64,000 nt of DNA from an uncultured Bacteroidota bacterium (GCA_902826215.1 CADEDY010000004.1:68667-132666), one strand, 5' to 3'. Shown: positions 44,912 through 55,201, numbered from the stretch's first letter. The notes: a model not told the origin generated them from the sequence alone. Program-made: numbers and translations.

Positions 44912-46357
44912 TTACTCTGGACCTTTGTTACGAAGCTTGGCTATCCGGAACCCGATGGCCCCTTGGAATACTGTCATCAGCGGACTCAATAGGTTGAAGA
45001 AGCAGAACGGCACGTAGGCAAGGGTTGCTACACCAAGAACGGACCCCATGTACGCTCCACAGGTATTCCACGGAACCAGAGCGGAGGTAACCGTCCCACT
45101 ATCCTCCAAGGTCCGGCTCAGGACCCGTGGATCCAGGCCCCTGTCCTGGAACACGGGTGCGAACATGCGCCCGGGAAGCACTATGCTCAAGTACTGATCA
45201 GAAGCGGTCGCGTTCACGAAAATGCAGCTACCCGCCGTTGTCGCGATCAAAGCCCCATCGCTGTGGACCCTCGATATCAATGCGGAGGTGATCCGTTGCA
45301 ACAGCCCTGCTCCCTCCATGGCCCCACCGAAGACCATGGCGCAGAGGATCAACCAGATCGTCTTAAGCATACCGTACATACCGCCAGCAGAAAGCAATTC
45401 ATCCATGGCCGCATTGCCCGTGACGACAGAAATGCCTGAACCCATTGCGGTGAGCACCACTTTGTACGCTTTGTAGCCATAGTTACCCTGCGAGCCGGCC
45501 AGTTCAGAGATCAGTTGCGATTGAAAGACCAAGGCGAAAACGCCACCAAGAACTGCTCCTATGAACAAAGCGGGAATGGCCGGCACCTTGCGCCAGATCA
45601 TGACGATCACTGATAGCGGGACCAGATAGAGCCACCAACCCAGTTCGAACTTGGTAGCCACAGCAAGTCGGAAAACAACCACATCCGTCGCCTGCGAGCC
45701 GCTTCCCGAGAACAGACCTATTCCAATGAATATCAGCAAGGTGATCGCCATCGTGGGAACCGTTGTCAACAGCATATAGCGGATGTGGGTGAAGAGATCG
45801 GTACCCGCTACGGCCGGGGCCAGGTTCGTGGTGTCACTCAATGGGCTGAGTTTATCGCCGAAATAGGCACCACTGATCACAGCGCCGGCCACGAGGCCTT
45901 CGGAGAAGCCCAGCGCGCGTCCGATTCCCATAAGGGCGATACCGACCGTGGCCGCTGTACTCCACGAACTTCCAGTAGCCAAGGAGATCACCGCACAAAC
46001 AGCGCAGCTAGCGACCAGGAAAACCTTGGGCGAAAGCAGTCGCAGCCCATCGGTGATCATCATGGGCACCACGCCACTGAGCAACCACGTGCCAGCCAGC
46101 GCCCCGATCAAGAGAAGAATCAGCAAGGCACCCAACGCTGTATGGATGCTACGGAGGATGTGATCAAGCAGATCGCTGAAGGAATGACCATTGATCAAGC
46201 CGATCAACAGCGCACTGGCCGCTGCAAAGAGCAAAGCCAATTGGTTCGGGCCATCCAAGCCCCCATCCCCGAAGACAAAGAGGTTCGCCGTCAATAGCCC
46301 CATCAGGAGACCGATCGGCAAGAAGGCTTGAAGAAGGGATGGAGTGCGACCCGGCAT
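44912..46357 (-). CDS. nhaC: Na+/H+ antiporter NhaC family
   Basis: 481 aa and 12 TM. NhaC-type sequence throughout (…GSSWSTAATVGIALMGIG…). Confidence 0.8.
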   Translation of the reverse strand: MPGRTPSLLQAFLPIGLLMGLLTANLFVFGDGGLDGPNQLALLFAAASALLIGLINGHSFSDLLDHILRSIHTALGALLILLLIGALAGTWLLSGVVPMMITDGLRLLSPKVFLVASCAVCAVISLATGSSWSTAATVGIALMGIGRALGFSEGLVAGAVISGAYFGDKLSPLSDTTNLAPAVAGTDLFTHIRYMLLTTVPTMAITLLIFIGIGLFSGSGSQATDVVVFRLAVATKFELGWWLYLVPLSVIVMIWRKVPAIPALFIGAVLGGVFALVFQSQLISELAGSQGNYGYKAYKVVLTAMGSGISVVTGNAAMDELLSAGGMYGMLKTIWLILCAMVFGGAMEGAGLLQRITSALISRVHSDGALIATTAGSCIFVNATASDQYLSIVLPGRMFAPVFQDRGLDPRVLSRTLEDSGTVTSALVPWNTCGAYMGSVLGVATLAYVPFCFFNLLSPLMTVFQGAIGFRIAKLRNKGPE

Positions 46358-46772
46358 GCGCTGGAGCCGAAGATAGATGGCTTAATGTTCAACCTCGAAG
46401 CCTCCTCTATTCGTCAAGGAGGATGACAGAAGCCGAATTGCTCCGGCAGATCATCGCTTCATGGGGTCCATAGCCACTATCCTAAACACAGCTATCGACG
46501 ATAAAACAACGTTCATCGACAATCAGGACTCATCCATGCATACCGGACAAACTCCGACAAGTTGACCGGATTCAGGTATATCTACTTGATATTCAGAACA
46601 TTAGCCCTACAATACCCCACTTCTTTCGCCCAATGGTCAATTCGCACTTGAACGATATTGGTCGACGATATTTAGACATTCATGGGATGTATTTTGAACT
46701 TGGACGACATAAAGGGCTTGACAAATGAATGTCACTTCTCTCAAATTGCATTCAGAAACACGAAAAACAAGT

Positions 46773-49700
46773 TACATGAAGCACTCTCCTCATCAATCGT
46801 TACTAAGCAGTATCTGTTCGCGGATCCTGTTAGTGGCTGGTCTGTTCTTGGCGCAGATCGCCGAAGCTCAAGTTGTGAGCACATTTACAAGCTCTGGCAC
46901 GTTCACGGTACCTGCGGGTGTAAGCCAGGTGACCGTTGAATGCTGGGGTGCAGGTGGCCGCGGTGGGATGCGCACGAACAATGGAAGAGGCGGTGGAGGT
47001 GGAGGAGGTGCCTATTCACGCTCGGTGATCTCGGTCATTGAAGGAAATTCGTATACGGTTACGGTGGGTAGTGGTAGCTCTGATACCGACCCAGGTGAAG
47101 ACTCTTGGTTCGGCACCGCCACCACGGTCATGGCCAAAGGTGGTGCATCGGCTGGCAACAATAGTTCCAGCGGAGCCAATGGCGGTAGCGCCGGAGCTTC
47201 TATCGGAACGGTGAAATTCAGTGGTGGAAATGGCGCGAATGCACCTGGCAGTACGGGTGGCGGAGGAGGATCCTCAGCCGGTACCGCAACGAACGGCGCC
47301 AATGGCAGTAACCAATCCGGTGGTAATGCACCAGCTGGGGGTGGGGATGGTGGAGATGGCGGAAATGGAACATTTGACGCTGGCGATGCGGGTAGTGTTC
47401 CTGGTGGTGGTGGTGGTGGCGCAGAGCGCGGCTGCTGTATCACTGTGAATGGTGGTGCCGGTGCCAATGGCCGCGTTATCCTGACCTATACACCCTGCAG
47501 CGGACCCATTGTGTCCGTTCTGCCAAGCGCCCCATCGATCTGTAGTGGTTCAAGCATAGTGCTAACAGCCTCTGGTGCAAGTGCTGGATACACTTGGTCT
47601 CCAGCTATTGGTCTTAGTGGAACTAGCGGTGCAGTAGTTACGGCCAACCCGACCACGACCACGACCTATACTCTTACCGGTACGAATACGGGATGCTCGA
47701 TCACGGGGTCTGCCACAGTGACCGTGACTGTTGATGAGGCGCCTACGGCCCCGGTGATGAGCCCGACGAGTGTCACCACTTGTTCTGGTTCGTCCACTGT
47801 GCTGGGTGCAGCCTCTAGCACGAACGCAACGCTGTCCTCCTCACCGTTCAACAGTACAGGCGGACCAGCTACGACAACCACTGGAGCGGCCCAAAATGCC
47901 TCTATCTATCCTTGGAACATCAGCGTGAGCGGCTTACCGACCACTGGAGTCACCGTTGAATCCGTAACGATCAACGGCATTACGCACACCTTTCCGGATG
48001 ACCTGGACATTCTACTTCAGTCTCCAACTGGCACGAACGTGATCTTGATGTCTGATGCTGGAGCAGGAGATAACATCACGGGCCTTACATACACCTTCAA
48101 GGACGGAGAAGTGTCACTTCAGGACGCTGTCACCAACCCGAGCGGAACTTACAGCCCATCGAACTACACCGGCACAGGCGATGAAACATGGTCAGCACCG
48201 GGTCCAGGGGGATTAACTCAACCTAGCCCTGCTTTGTCCATGTTCACTGGGAACGTGAATGGCGTATGGAAACTCTTGATCCGTGATGATGAAACTGGAG
48301 ATGCTGGTTCCATCGGAAGTTGGAGCATCACCTTCACGATACCCGCGACCGTATCCTACACCTGGAGCCCCAATGTCGCGTTGAGCAGTACAACAGGTCC
48401 TAGTGTAACAGCTTCACCAACAAGTGACCAATCCTATACGGTAACTGTGTCGCACAACGCGAACGGGTGCACAAGTCAAGGTACGGTGGTTGTCACAGCA
48501 GTAGCGCTTCCTGATGCCGGAAGCAATGGCACCATGGCCATCTGCAGCAACGGTGCTGCGATCGGTCTTCTCTCCCAATTGGGCGGCTCACCTGACGTTG
48601 GTGGCACGTGGTCCGGTCCGAGTGCGGTGATCAGCGGGCTGTACGACCCTTTGACAATGGATCCTGGTACTTATACCTACACGGTTACAGCAGCACCTTG
48701 CACGAACGCCACCGCCGATGTGGTCGTCTCCGAGAACATGGCTACCGCATGGTATGCAGATGATGATGGCGATGGTTTCGGCGACGTCGGCGATGTGCTT
48801 ATGGCTTGCTCGCCTCCTGTAGGGTATGTGGCCAACAACACCGATTGCAACGACAGCCAGATCACTTACGCCGACGCAGATGGCGACGGATTCGGAGCAG
48901 GCGCCCCTACCCCATGTGGTGTGGCGAACAACAGTGATTGCAATGATTCCGCGATCCTTCACGCCGACGTGGACGGTGATGGATTCGGGGCTGCAGCCAA
49001 CGCGCCATGCGGCATAGCGGACAACAGTGATTGTGACGATATGCAATTCCTGTATGTGGATGGCGATGGTGATGGCTACGGAACAGGAGTACCGGTCGCA
49101 TGCGGTGTTCCGAATAACACCGATTGCAACGACACCCAGATCCTCTATGCTGACACCGATGGTGATGGCTACGGGGCCGGAGCACCTGCCGCGTGCGGTG
49201 TGACGAACAACGGTGACAACTGCCCGAATATCGTTGGACTCCAAGGCGATTACTGCGACGTGAACAACGGCTCTGGTCCGTTCCTCTTCGGTCAGATCAA
49301 TGGCAGTTGCCAGTGTGTTGCCGTTCCATGCACCGAAACAGTGACCATGGAGCTACGCACCGATGCGTTGAGCAGTCAAGCTTCTTGGCAGATCCTGTTG
49401 CAAGGCACCAACCAGGTTGTTTGCCAGTTCAGCATTCCGATCAATGGCATCACGAGCCCGATAACCGATAACTGCTGCTTGCCCGTTGGTTGCTACCGAC
49501 TGCGTGTGAACGATAGCGGTGGAGATGGTTTCGTAAGCGGTGGCATCACCGGTGGCTATCAACTGCGTGAAAGCGGACCGACCGGAAGTCGTATCATCGA
49601 CAACCTCGGCAACTTCACCAGCGGATCGACCAGTGCTTTATCATCGACCTATGGCGATGGCGCATTCTGTGTACCCGTTGGAAGCGACCGTCCGATCTTC

Positions 49701-50783
49701 AGCAGTTGCGATAAGATGGATTGGGTGAATGACAAATTCATCGTTGCCACAGAGAACACGGCCGTGAGCGCTCAATATGGCATCACCAACACCACGAGTG
49801 GCTACCAGTTCTGGTTCTTCGATCCGAATGGAACCTATAGCTATCGTCGCTTCCGCAACCACGCAACGAGCGACGGCTTCGGATCGGGTGCATTGCGGGC
49901 CAACCACTTCCGTGTGAACGGTTGGTCGAATACCATGACGACTCCGCACATTCCAAGCGACATTCTGCTGAACGTGCGTATCCGCGGCCGTGTAGCCGGC
50001 GTGGATCAACCATTCGGTCCTGCATGTCTCTTCAAGATCGACGCGGTCCGTGCCGCTGCTCCATTAGTGAAATTGCAGGACAACCCGCTGAGCAACGACT
50101 TCAGCTGTGGCGTAACGAAAGTGTTCGGCGGCAGCAACAGCGCTGCCAACCGGATCACGGTGAACCCGCCGCAACCTGTTCCTGCTGTGAGCAGCGGCAA
50201 CGTGCGCTACCAGTTCCGCTTCCGCCTGCCTGGCGAGGTACCGAACCCCGGTTCTTGCATCGTACGCCCAATGCAGACCAGCCCAACTCTTTACTTGAAC
50301 TGGGCGACCGGTGACAAGCTCAAGTGCAATACCCAATACGAGGTGGATGTACGTGCCAGCCTCGATGGTGGCTTGACCTGGAACATCGCGAATGCGGAAG
50401 CTGAGTGCGATCCGAACCCGACACCATGGGGTAAGGTGTGCATGGTGAACATCAGTTCCAGCACCTACTGCCCTGGTTCGTTGCAAGGATCGAGCAGCAG
50501 CATGGCGCAGCAAACGAACGGCGACCTCACCATGTACCCGAACCCGAACCGTGGCGAGCAACTGTTCATCAACCTGAGCTCCGTGGAGAGCAACGTGAAT
50601 ACCGTTAGCGTGGACATCTATGACCTCACCGGAAAGCGCGTTGTGGCTCGCACCATCGCCGTGAACGAAGGCTTCGTAAAGACCACACTCGATCTGAACG
50701 GTGACCTGAACAGCGGTATGTACCTAGTGAATGTCACCTCCGGTAGCAAGACCTACACCGAACGACTGGTGATCCAGAAGTAA
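46773..50783 (+). CDS. Very large T9SS-secreted protein: Gly-rich N-domain, Ig-like region, proprotein-convertase P-domain, 5 tandem MopE-like metal-binding repeats, T9SS C-terminal sorting domain
   Basis: Signal peptide MKHSPHQSLLSSICSRILLVAGLFLAQIAEAQ. TVECWGAGGRGG...GGGGGGGAYS. P-domain segment PDDLDILLQSPTGTNVILMSDAGAGDN...GVWKLLIRDDETGDAGSIGSWSITF. Five copies of D.DGDG(F/Y)G...CG..NN.DCND. C-terminal YPNPNRGEQLFINL...GMYLVNVTSGSKTYTERLVIQK. Confidence 0.85.
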   Translation, partial: YMKHSPHQSLLSSICSRILLVAGLFLAQIAEAQVVSTFTSSGTFTVPAGVSQVTVECWGAGGRGGMRTNNGRGGGGGGGAYSRSVISVIEGNSYTVTVGSGSSDTDPGEDSWFGTATTVMAKGGASAGNNSSSGANGGSAGASIGTVKFSGGNGANAPGSTGGGGGSSAGTATNGANGSNQSGGNAPAGGGDGGDGGNGTFDAGDAGSVPGGGGGGAERGCCITVNGGAGANGRVILTYTPCSGPIVSVLPSAPSICSGSSIVLTASGASAGYTWSPAIGLSGTSGAVVTANPTTTTTYTLTGTNTGCSITGSATVTVTVDEAPTAPVMSPTSVTTCSGSSTVLGAASSTNATLSSSPFNSTGGPATTTTGAAQNASIYPWNISVSGLPTTGVTVESVTINGITHTFPDDLDILLQSPTGTNVILMSDAGAGDNITGLTYTFKDGEVSLQDAVTNPSGTYSPSNYTGTGDETWSAPGPGGLTQPSPALSMFTGNVNGVWKLLIRDDETGDAGSIGSWSITFTIPATVSYTWSPNVALSSTTGPSVTASPTSDQSYTVTVSHNANGCTSQGTVVVTAVALPDAGSNGTMAICSNGAAIGLLSQLGGSPDVGGTWSGPSAVISGLYDPLTMDPGTYTYTVTAAPCTNATADVVVSENMATAWYADDDGDGFGDVGDVLMACSPPVGYVANNTDCNDSQITYADADGDGFGAGAPTPCGVANNSDCNDSAILHADVDGDGFGAAANAPCGIADNSDCDDMQFLYVDGDGDGYGTGVPVACGVPNNTDCNDTQILYADTDGDGYGAGAPAACGVTNNGDNCPNIVGLQGDYCDVNNGSGPFLFGQINGSCQCVAVPCTETVTMELRTDALSSQASWQILLQGTNQVVCQFSIPINGITSPITDNCCLPVGCYRLRVNDSGGDGFVSGGITGGYQLRESGPTGSRIIDNLGNFTSGSTSALSSTYGDGAFCVPVGSDRPIFSSCDKMDWVNDKFIVATENTAVSAQYGITNTTSGYQFWFFDPNGTYSYRRFRNHATSDGFGSGALRANHFRVNGWSNTMTTPHIPSDILLNVRIRGRVAGVDQPFGPACLFKIDAVRAAAPLVKLQDNPLSNDFSCGVTKVFGGSNSAANRITVNPPQPVPAVSSGNVRYQFRFRLPGEVPNPGSCIVRPMQTSPTLYLNWATGDKLKCNTQYEVDVRASLDGGLTWNIANAEAECDPNPTPWGKVCMVNISSSTYCPGSLQGSSSSMAQQTNGDLTMYPNPNRGEQLFINLSSVESNVNTVSVDIYDLTGKRVVARTIAVNEGFVKTTLDLNGDLNSGMYLVNVTSGSKTYTERLVIQK
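48750..49215 (+). repeat. Five in-frame tandem ~93-bp coding repeats (MopE-like units) inside the large T9SS gene
   Basis: Periodic tggcgacgga/tggtgatggc...gattgcaacga(c/t) units. Confidence 0.8.
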
Positions 50784-50851
50784 CTACCACGACCGACCAA
50801 GAGAAGCCCCGTTCATCGAAAGGTGAGCGGGGTTTCTCGTTCGATGCACGT

Positions 50852-52096
50852 TCAATGATCGAAGTCCGGATACAACAGATACTTCGCTCGGATCGGAAGG
50901 AAAGCCTTCAAGCCATTCTCCCAAGAAGTACGGATCGCTAACTCATCCGCCCCGGCGATGATCTGCTTCTTCAACTCCGCGGTGCCCGCCAACTTGTCGA
51001 AATAGGGCGTGAAGAAAAAGGCCTTATCAGGTGCTTTGACAAACATCTCGATCAGCCAATCCAGTTCGATCCTCCGATCCAACCGGGCTTGAATCCGACC
51101 GTATTCGCGCAAGTCGAAACCGGTGAACAACAGATCCTTGTGTGGTGGTGTCTTGGAGGCCGACGTGGAATGCGGGGTGAATTCGAACTCACCGATCGGA
51201 CAACCCGGATAACCAATGCATTGGAAGGGAAACTCCGTGCCTCTCCCTACACTGACGATCGTTCCCTCGAAGAGGCCCAGAGAAGGATACAGAAGTACGG
51301 CGGCATCGTTCGGCAGGTTCGGCGAAGGGCGAACCGGAAGTGAATACAGCGTAGCGTGATCATATCCCTGGCACGGGACCACGGTCAAGTTGCACTGCAC
51401 CCCACCCTTCAACCACCCCTCTCCATTGATCATTCCGGCCAGTTCACCGATCGTCAAACCGTGCACGAGCGGAATGGAATGCATGCCGACGAAGGAAGCG
51501 TACGCCAGATCCAAGACCGGCCCATCCACATAGAATCCATTCGGGTTGGGGCGGTCCAGCACGATCACCTCCTTCCCATTCTCAGCCGCCGCCTCCATCA
51601 CGAGATGCAGGGTGCTGATGAAGGTGTAGAATCGAACACCCACATCCTGGATATCGAAGAGCAGCACATCCACATCCTTCACCTGTTCCGATTCGGGCTT
51701 CTTGTTCGATCCATAGAGCGAGATCAACGGCAGACCCGAGCGCTCATCCACCTCGTTCTTAACATGCTCACCATCCGGCGCTTCTCCCCGAAAGCCATGC
51801 TCCGGCCCGAAGACCTTCACGATGTTCACCTTCAAAGTGAGCAGCGAATCCACGAGATGTGCATTCCCGATGCGGCCGGTCTGGTTGGTGACCACAGCGA
51901 CGCGCTTCCCATTCAAGAGGGGCAGGTATTCACCAGTTCGATCAGCGCCCACTTGGATCACGGATGCCCCGATCGTTCGCACCTTCGGGGACTGGGTGTG
52001 ACCGCATGCGGAAAGCAGTAAGGCCGCCCAGAGGGTCGCTCCTATCTTCGCCGCAGCCTGTCCAATCGGCAACTGTTTGAACCTATCGCATTTCAT
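50852..52096 (-). CDS. DUF1343 / NamZ-like exo-beta-N-acetylmuramidase family protein
   Basis: …GKRVAVVTNQTG...VKVFGPEHGFRGEA...LLFDIQDVGVRFYT... Lipoprotein-like signal ...AALLLSACGH. The start is uncertain (52096, 52108 or an in-frame TTG at 52073). Confidence 0.7.
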   Translation of the reverse strand: MKCDRFKQLPIGQAAAKIGATLWAALLLSACGHTQSPKVRTIGASVIQVGADRTGEYLPLLNGKRVAVVTNQTGRIGNAHLVDSLLTLKVNIVKVFGPEHGFRGEAPDGEHVKNEVDERSGLPLISLYGSNKKPESEQVKDVDVLLFDIQDVGVRFYTFISTLHLVMEAAAENGKEVIVLDRPNPNGFYVDGPVLDLAYASFVGMHSIPLVHGLTIGELAGMINGEGWLKGGVQCNLTVVPCQGYDHATLYSLPVRPSPNLPNDAAVLLYPSLGLFEGTIVSVGRGTEFPFQCIGYPGCPIGEFEFTPHSTSASKTPPHKDLLFTGFDLREYGRIQARLDRRIELDWLIEMFVKAPDKAFFFTPYFDKLAGTAELKKQIIAGADELAIRTSWENGLKAFLPIRAKYLLYPDFDH

Positions 52097-53597
52097 CGCA
52101 CGTCGCATCCTTGTCGACAAGGACCGGGCTGAACGCTTTTCGCGGCCGATCGTGAGCATTGCGGTATTGGGCATCGTCATCGGTATGGCGGTCATGATCG
52201 TCACCGTGGGCATCACCACGGGCTTCCAACGTGAAGTGCGGACGAAGGTAACCGGCGCGGGCGGGCACCTCCAGATCACGGCCATCCGACAAGTGGACCC
52301 GAAGGAGACGCCACGCATCGTGATCGGTCAACCGTTCTATCCGTCGCTGGATACGGTGCCTGGGATCGCGCATATCCAGGTCTACGCCACGCGACCGGGC
52401 ATCATCGAAACGGAACAGGACATCGAGGGTGTGGTGCTGAAAGGCGTTGGTGCTGATCACGACTGGAGCTTCTTGGCGCAACATCTGGTTGCTGGATCAG
52501 TCCCTGCGATCGGAGACACGACACGCCCGATCGACCTGCTGCTCTCCAAATACCTCGGCGAGCGCTTACTGATCGGCGTGGACGATACGATCACGGTCTA
52601 CCTCGTGAAAGGTCGTGATGACATCAGGCCACGTAAATTCAGGGTGAGCGGCTTGTATGAGACCGGCTTGGAGCAGTTGGACCATCAGTTGGTCTACGTC
52701 GATATCGACCATCTGCAGCGGTTCGCGCAGTGGGGCTTGAAAGCCGAGATCCTTGTGGGTGATCCGGACGAAAATGGCTTCGCGAGCGTGGAGGCGATGG
52801 CGTATGGCGGCGATCGTATCTACACCTACACGTGGCCGGGATCCGATGTGCGCGGCAAAGGACCACACCTTTTTCGCCCGAATGGCGACACAACGATCAC
52901 CGTGATCGTCAGCGATGCAGACCACACCATTCCGGATACCGCATGGGTGCACCTGACCTTCACCGGAGCGTCTGAAAAGGGGGAAGCCATGGCTGTATTA
53001 CGAGGTGGTAGTGGTGGCAGCCACACCAAGTATTGCGGTGGTTTTGAAGTAGAGTTGGATCACTTCGAAGATCTTATGGCCATGGACGACCTTGTCTATC
53101 GCCGTTACTTGGACATCGGCTTGCGGTCGTTGAGCGTGCGTGATCGCTTCCCGGAGATCTTCGCTTGGCTGGAACTGCTGGACACGAACGTCATGGTCAT
53201 CATCCTGCTCATGATCATCGTGGCCATCATCAACATGACCTCGGCGCTGCTCATCATCATCCTGGAACGTACACCCATGATCGGCGTATTGAAAGCACTC
53301 GGCAGCAGCAGCGGTGCCATCCGCAGGATCTTCTTGATCGATGCGGCCTACATCCTTGGCATCGGCATCATCCTCGGGGACCTGCTGGGCATCGGCCTCT
53401 GCTTGCTCCAACAGCAATTCGGGATCGTGCGACTTCCGGTACAGAGCTACTATGTGGATGCCGTGCCGGTCCAGTTGGAATGGATGCCGATCCTGCTGCT
53501 GAACGTCGGCACCATGCTCATTTGCGTGCTCGCACTGCTGATCCCGAGCATGTTGGTCACGCGCATTGCGCCGGCCAAGGCCATTCGGTTCGATTGA
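52077..53597 (+). CDS. FtsX-like ABC permease (LolC/E family) with an enlarged periplasmic domain
   Basis: N-terminus MNLSHFIARRILVDKDRAERFSRPIVSIAVLGIVIGMAVMIV and C-terminal FtsX 3-TM block. About 100 extra residues relative to the ~410-aa LolE recalled. Confidence 0.75.
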   Translation: MNLSHFIARRILVDKDRAERFSRPIVSIAVLGIVIGMAVMIVTVGITTGFQREVRTKVTGAGGHLQITAIRQVDPKETPRIVIGQPFYPSLDTVPGIAHIQVYATRPGIIETEQDIEGVVLKGVGADHDWSFLAQHLVAGSVPAIGDTTRPIDLLLSKYLGERLLIGVDDTITVYLVKGRDDIRPRKFRVSGLYETGLEQLDHQLVYVDIDHLQRFAQWGLKAEILVGDPDENGFASVEAMAYGGDRIYTYTWPGSDVRGKGPHLFRPNGDTTITVIVSDADHTIPDTAWVHLTFTGASEKGEAMAVLRGGSGGSHTKYCGGFEVELDHFEDLMAMDDLVYRRYLDIGLRSLSVRDRFPEIFAWLELLDTNVMVIILLMIIVAIINMTSALLIIILERTPMIGVLKALGSSSGAIRRIFLIDAAYILGIGIILGDLLGIGLCLLQQQFGIVRLPVQSYYVDAVPVQLEWMPILLLNVGTMLICVLALLIPSMLVTRIAPAKAIRFD

Positions 53598-53662
53598 CGA
53601 CCGGCCGCCGGTCCGAAAGCACCGAGGTACATTTGCGCACCGGGCAAGGCCTGCAACCTGAC

Positions 53663-55018
53663 ATGAAGATCCACGACAACATCCTCACCACCATCGGCAA
53701 CACGCCCATGGTGCGCCTCAACAAGATCACCAAGGACGTAGCTGCCACCGTACTCGCCAAGGTCGAAACCTTCAACCCTGGCAACTCGATCAAGGACCGC
53801 ATGGCCATCAAGATGGTGGAGGATGCGGAGAAAGCGGGCCTACTGAAGCCCGGCTATACCATCATCGAAGGCACGAGCGGCAACACGGGCATGGGCCTCG
53901 CGATCGCGGCCATCATCAAAGGGTATAAGTGCATCTTCACCACTACGGACAAGCAAAGCCGGGAGAAGGTGGACATCCTGCGCGCCTTCGGTGCCGAGGT
54001 GATCGTGTGCCCCACCAATGTGGATCCGGAAGATCCCCGCTCCTACTATTCCGTATCGTCGCGTTTGGTGAATGAGACACCGAATAGCTGGAAGGCCAAC
54101 CAGTACGACAATCCAAGTAACGCACAGGCCCACTACGAAAGCACCGGACCTGAGATCTGGGACCAGACCGACGGCAAAGTGGACCACCTCGTCGTAGGCG
54201 TTGGCACGGGCGGCACCATCAGCGGCACCGCGAAATACCTGAAGGAGAAGAACCCCAACTTGAAGGTCTGGGGCATCGACACCTACGGCTCGGTATTCAA
54301 AAAGCTGAAGGAGACCGGCATCTTCGATAAGAACGAGATCTACCCCTACATCACCGAAGGCATCGGCGAGGATTTCGTACCCGCCAACGTGGACATGGAC
54401 CTGATCGACCACTTCGAAAAGGTGACCGATCGCGACGCCGCCATCTTCACCCGGAAGATCGTGAAGGACGAAGGGATCTTCGTAGGCAACAGCGCGGGGA
54501 GCGCCATGGCGGGCTTGCTGCAACTGAAGGACAACTTCAAGAAAGGCGAAACGGTGGTGGTGATCTTCCACGACCACGGCACGCGCTACGTGGGCAAGAT
54601 GTTCAACGACGATTGGATGCGCGAACGTGGTTTCCTCGTGGAAGAAAAGCCGACAGCTGGTGATCTCCTCAAAGGCAAGGACCTTCAGTTGCTGAGCGTA
54701 GAAGCCGACGAACCAGTGCTCAATGCCATCGACAAAATGCGGGCGCACAACATCGATCAATTGCCCGTATTCGAAGGTGGCAAACCGGTTGGAACCATCA
54801 CCGATGCTCGCCTGTTCGATGCGATCCTCGAAGATGCCGAAGTGCGCCACCAAAAGGCGCGTGTGGTCATGGGTCCTGCCCTGCCCGTTGTCGGATTGGA
54901 CGCAACCTTGGAAGAAGTGGCGAAGCGTCTAGGCAACGGAAGTCCTGCGGTTCTTGTGGAACAGGTGAATGGTTATGGGATCCTGACAAAGCAGGATATC
55001 ATTGGGAAGCTGAAATAG
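53663..55018 (+). CDS. Cystathionine beta-synthase-like PLP enzyme (cysteine-synthase fold + tandem CBS domains)
   Basis: PLP lysine motif NPGNSIKDRMA. Glycine loop GVGTGGTISG. C-terminal CBS pair. Start at MKIHDNIL (53663). Confidence 0.85.
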   Translation: MKIHDNILTTIGNTPMVRLNKITKDVAATVLAKVETFNPGNSIKDRMAIKMVEDAEKAGLLKPGYTIIEGTSGNTGMGLAIAAIIKGYKCIFTTTDKQSREKVDILRAFGAEVIVCPTNVDPEDPRSYYSVSSRLVNETPNSWKANQYDNPSNAQAHYESTGPEIWDQTDGKVDHLVVGVGTGGTISGTAKYLKEKNPNLKVWGIDTYGSVFKKLKETGIFDKNEIYPYITEGIGEDFVPANVDMDLIDHFEKVTDRDAAIFTRKIVKDEGIFVGNSAGSAMAGLLQLKDNFKKGETVVVIFHDHGTRYVGKMFNDDWMRERGFLVEEKPTAGDLLKGKDLQLLSVEADEPVLNAIDKMRAHNIDQLPVFEGGKPVGTITDARLFDAILEDAEVRHQKARVVMGPALPVVGLDATLEEVAKRLGNGSPAVLVEQVNGYGILTKQDIIGKLK

Positions 55019-55024
55019 GAGGTC

Positions 55025-55201
55025 ATGGAAGACCTCCTGAACCTTTTCTATTGGGTCGGAGACTTCGCACGCAGGGCATTTAGCCGTGCGCGGAATGGAC
55101 CAAAGGACGACTACTTCTATTGGAGCAATCTACTGATCGGGCCCGCTGTCCTTCTAGCAGCGTTCTTCCTTATTTACGTCATCTTCGAGATCGCCCATTG
55201 A
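55025..55201 (+). CDS. Possible 58-aa small membrane protein (MEDLLNLFYWVGDF...LLAAFFLIYVIFEIAH)
   Basis: ATG 7 nt after the CBS stop. One TM helix. Below the ORF-track size cut-off. Confidence 0.3.
   Translation: MEDLLNLFYWVGDFARRAFSRARNGPKDDYFYWSNLLIGPAVLLAAFFLIYVIFEIAH

Noticed and set aside
46358-46772. AT-richer 400-bp region upstream of the giant T9SS gene as a possible RNA gene or mobile-element end
   Set aside because: No tRNA-like cloverleaf, inverted terminal repeat or integrase is evident. It is most simply a long promoter/leader, and it contains a TATTTTG -7-like box near 46694.
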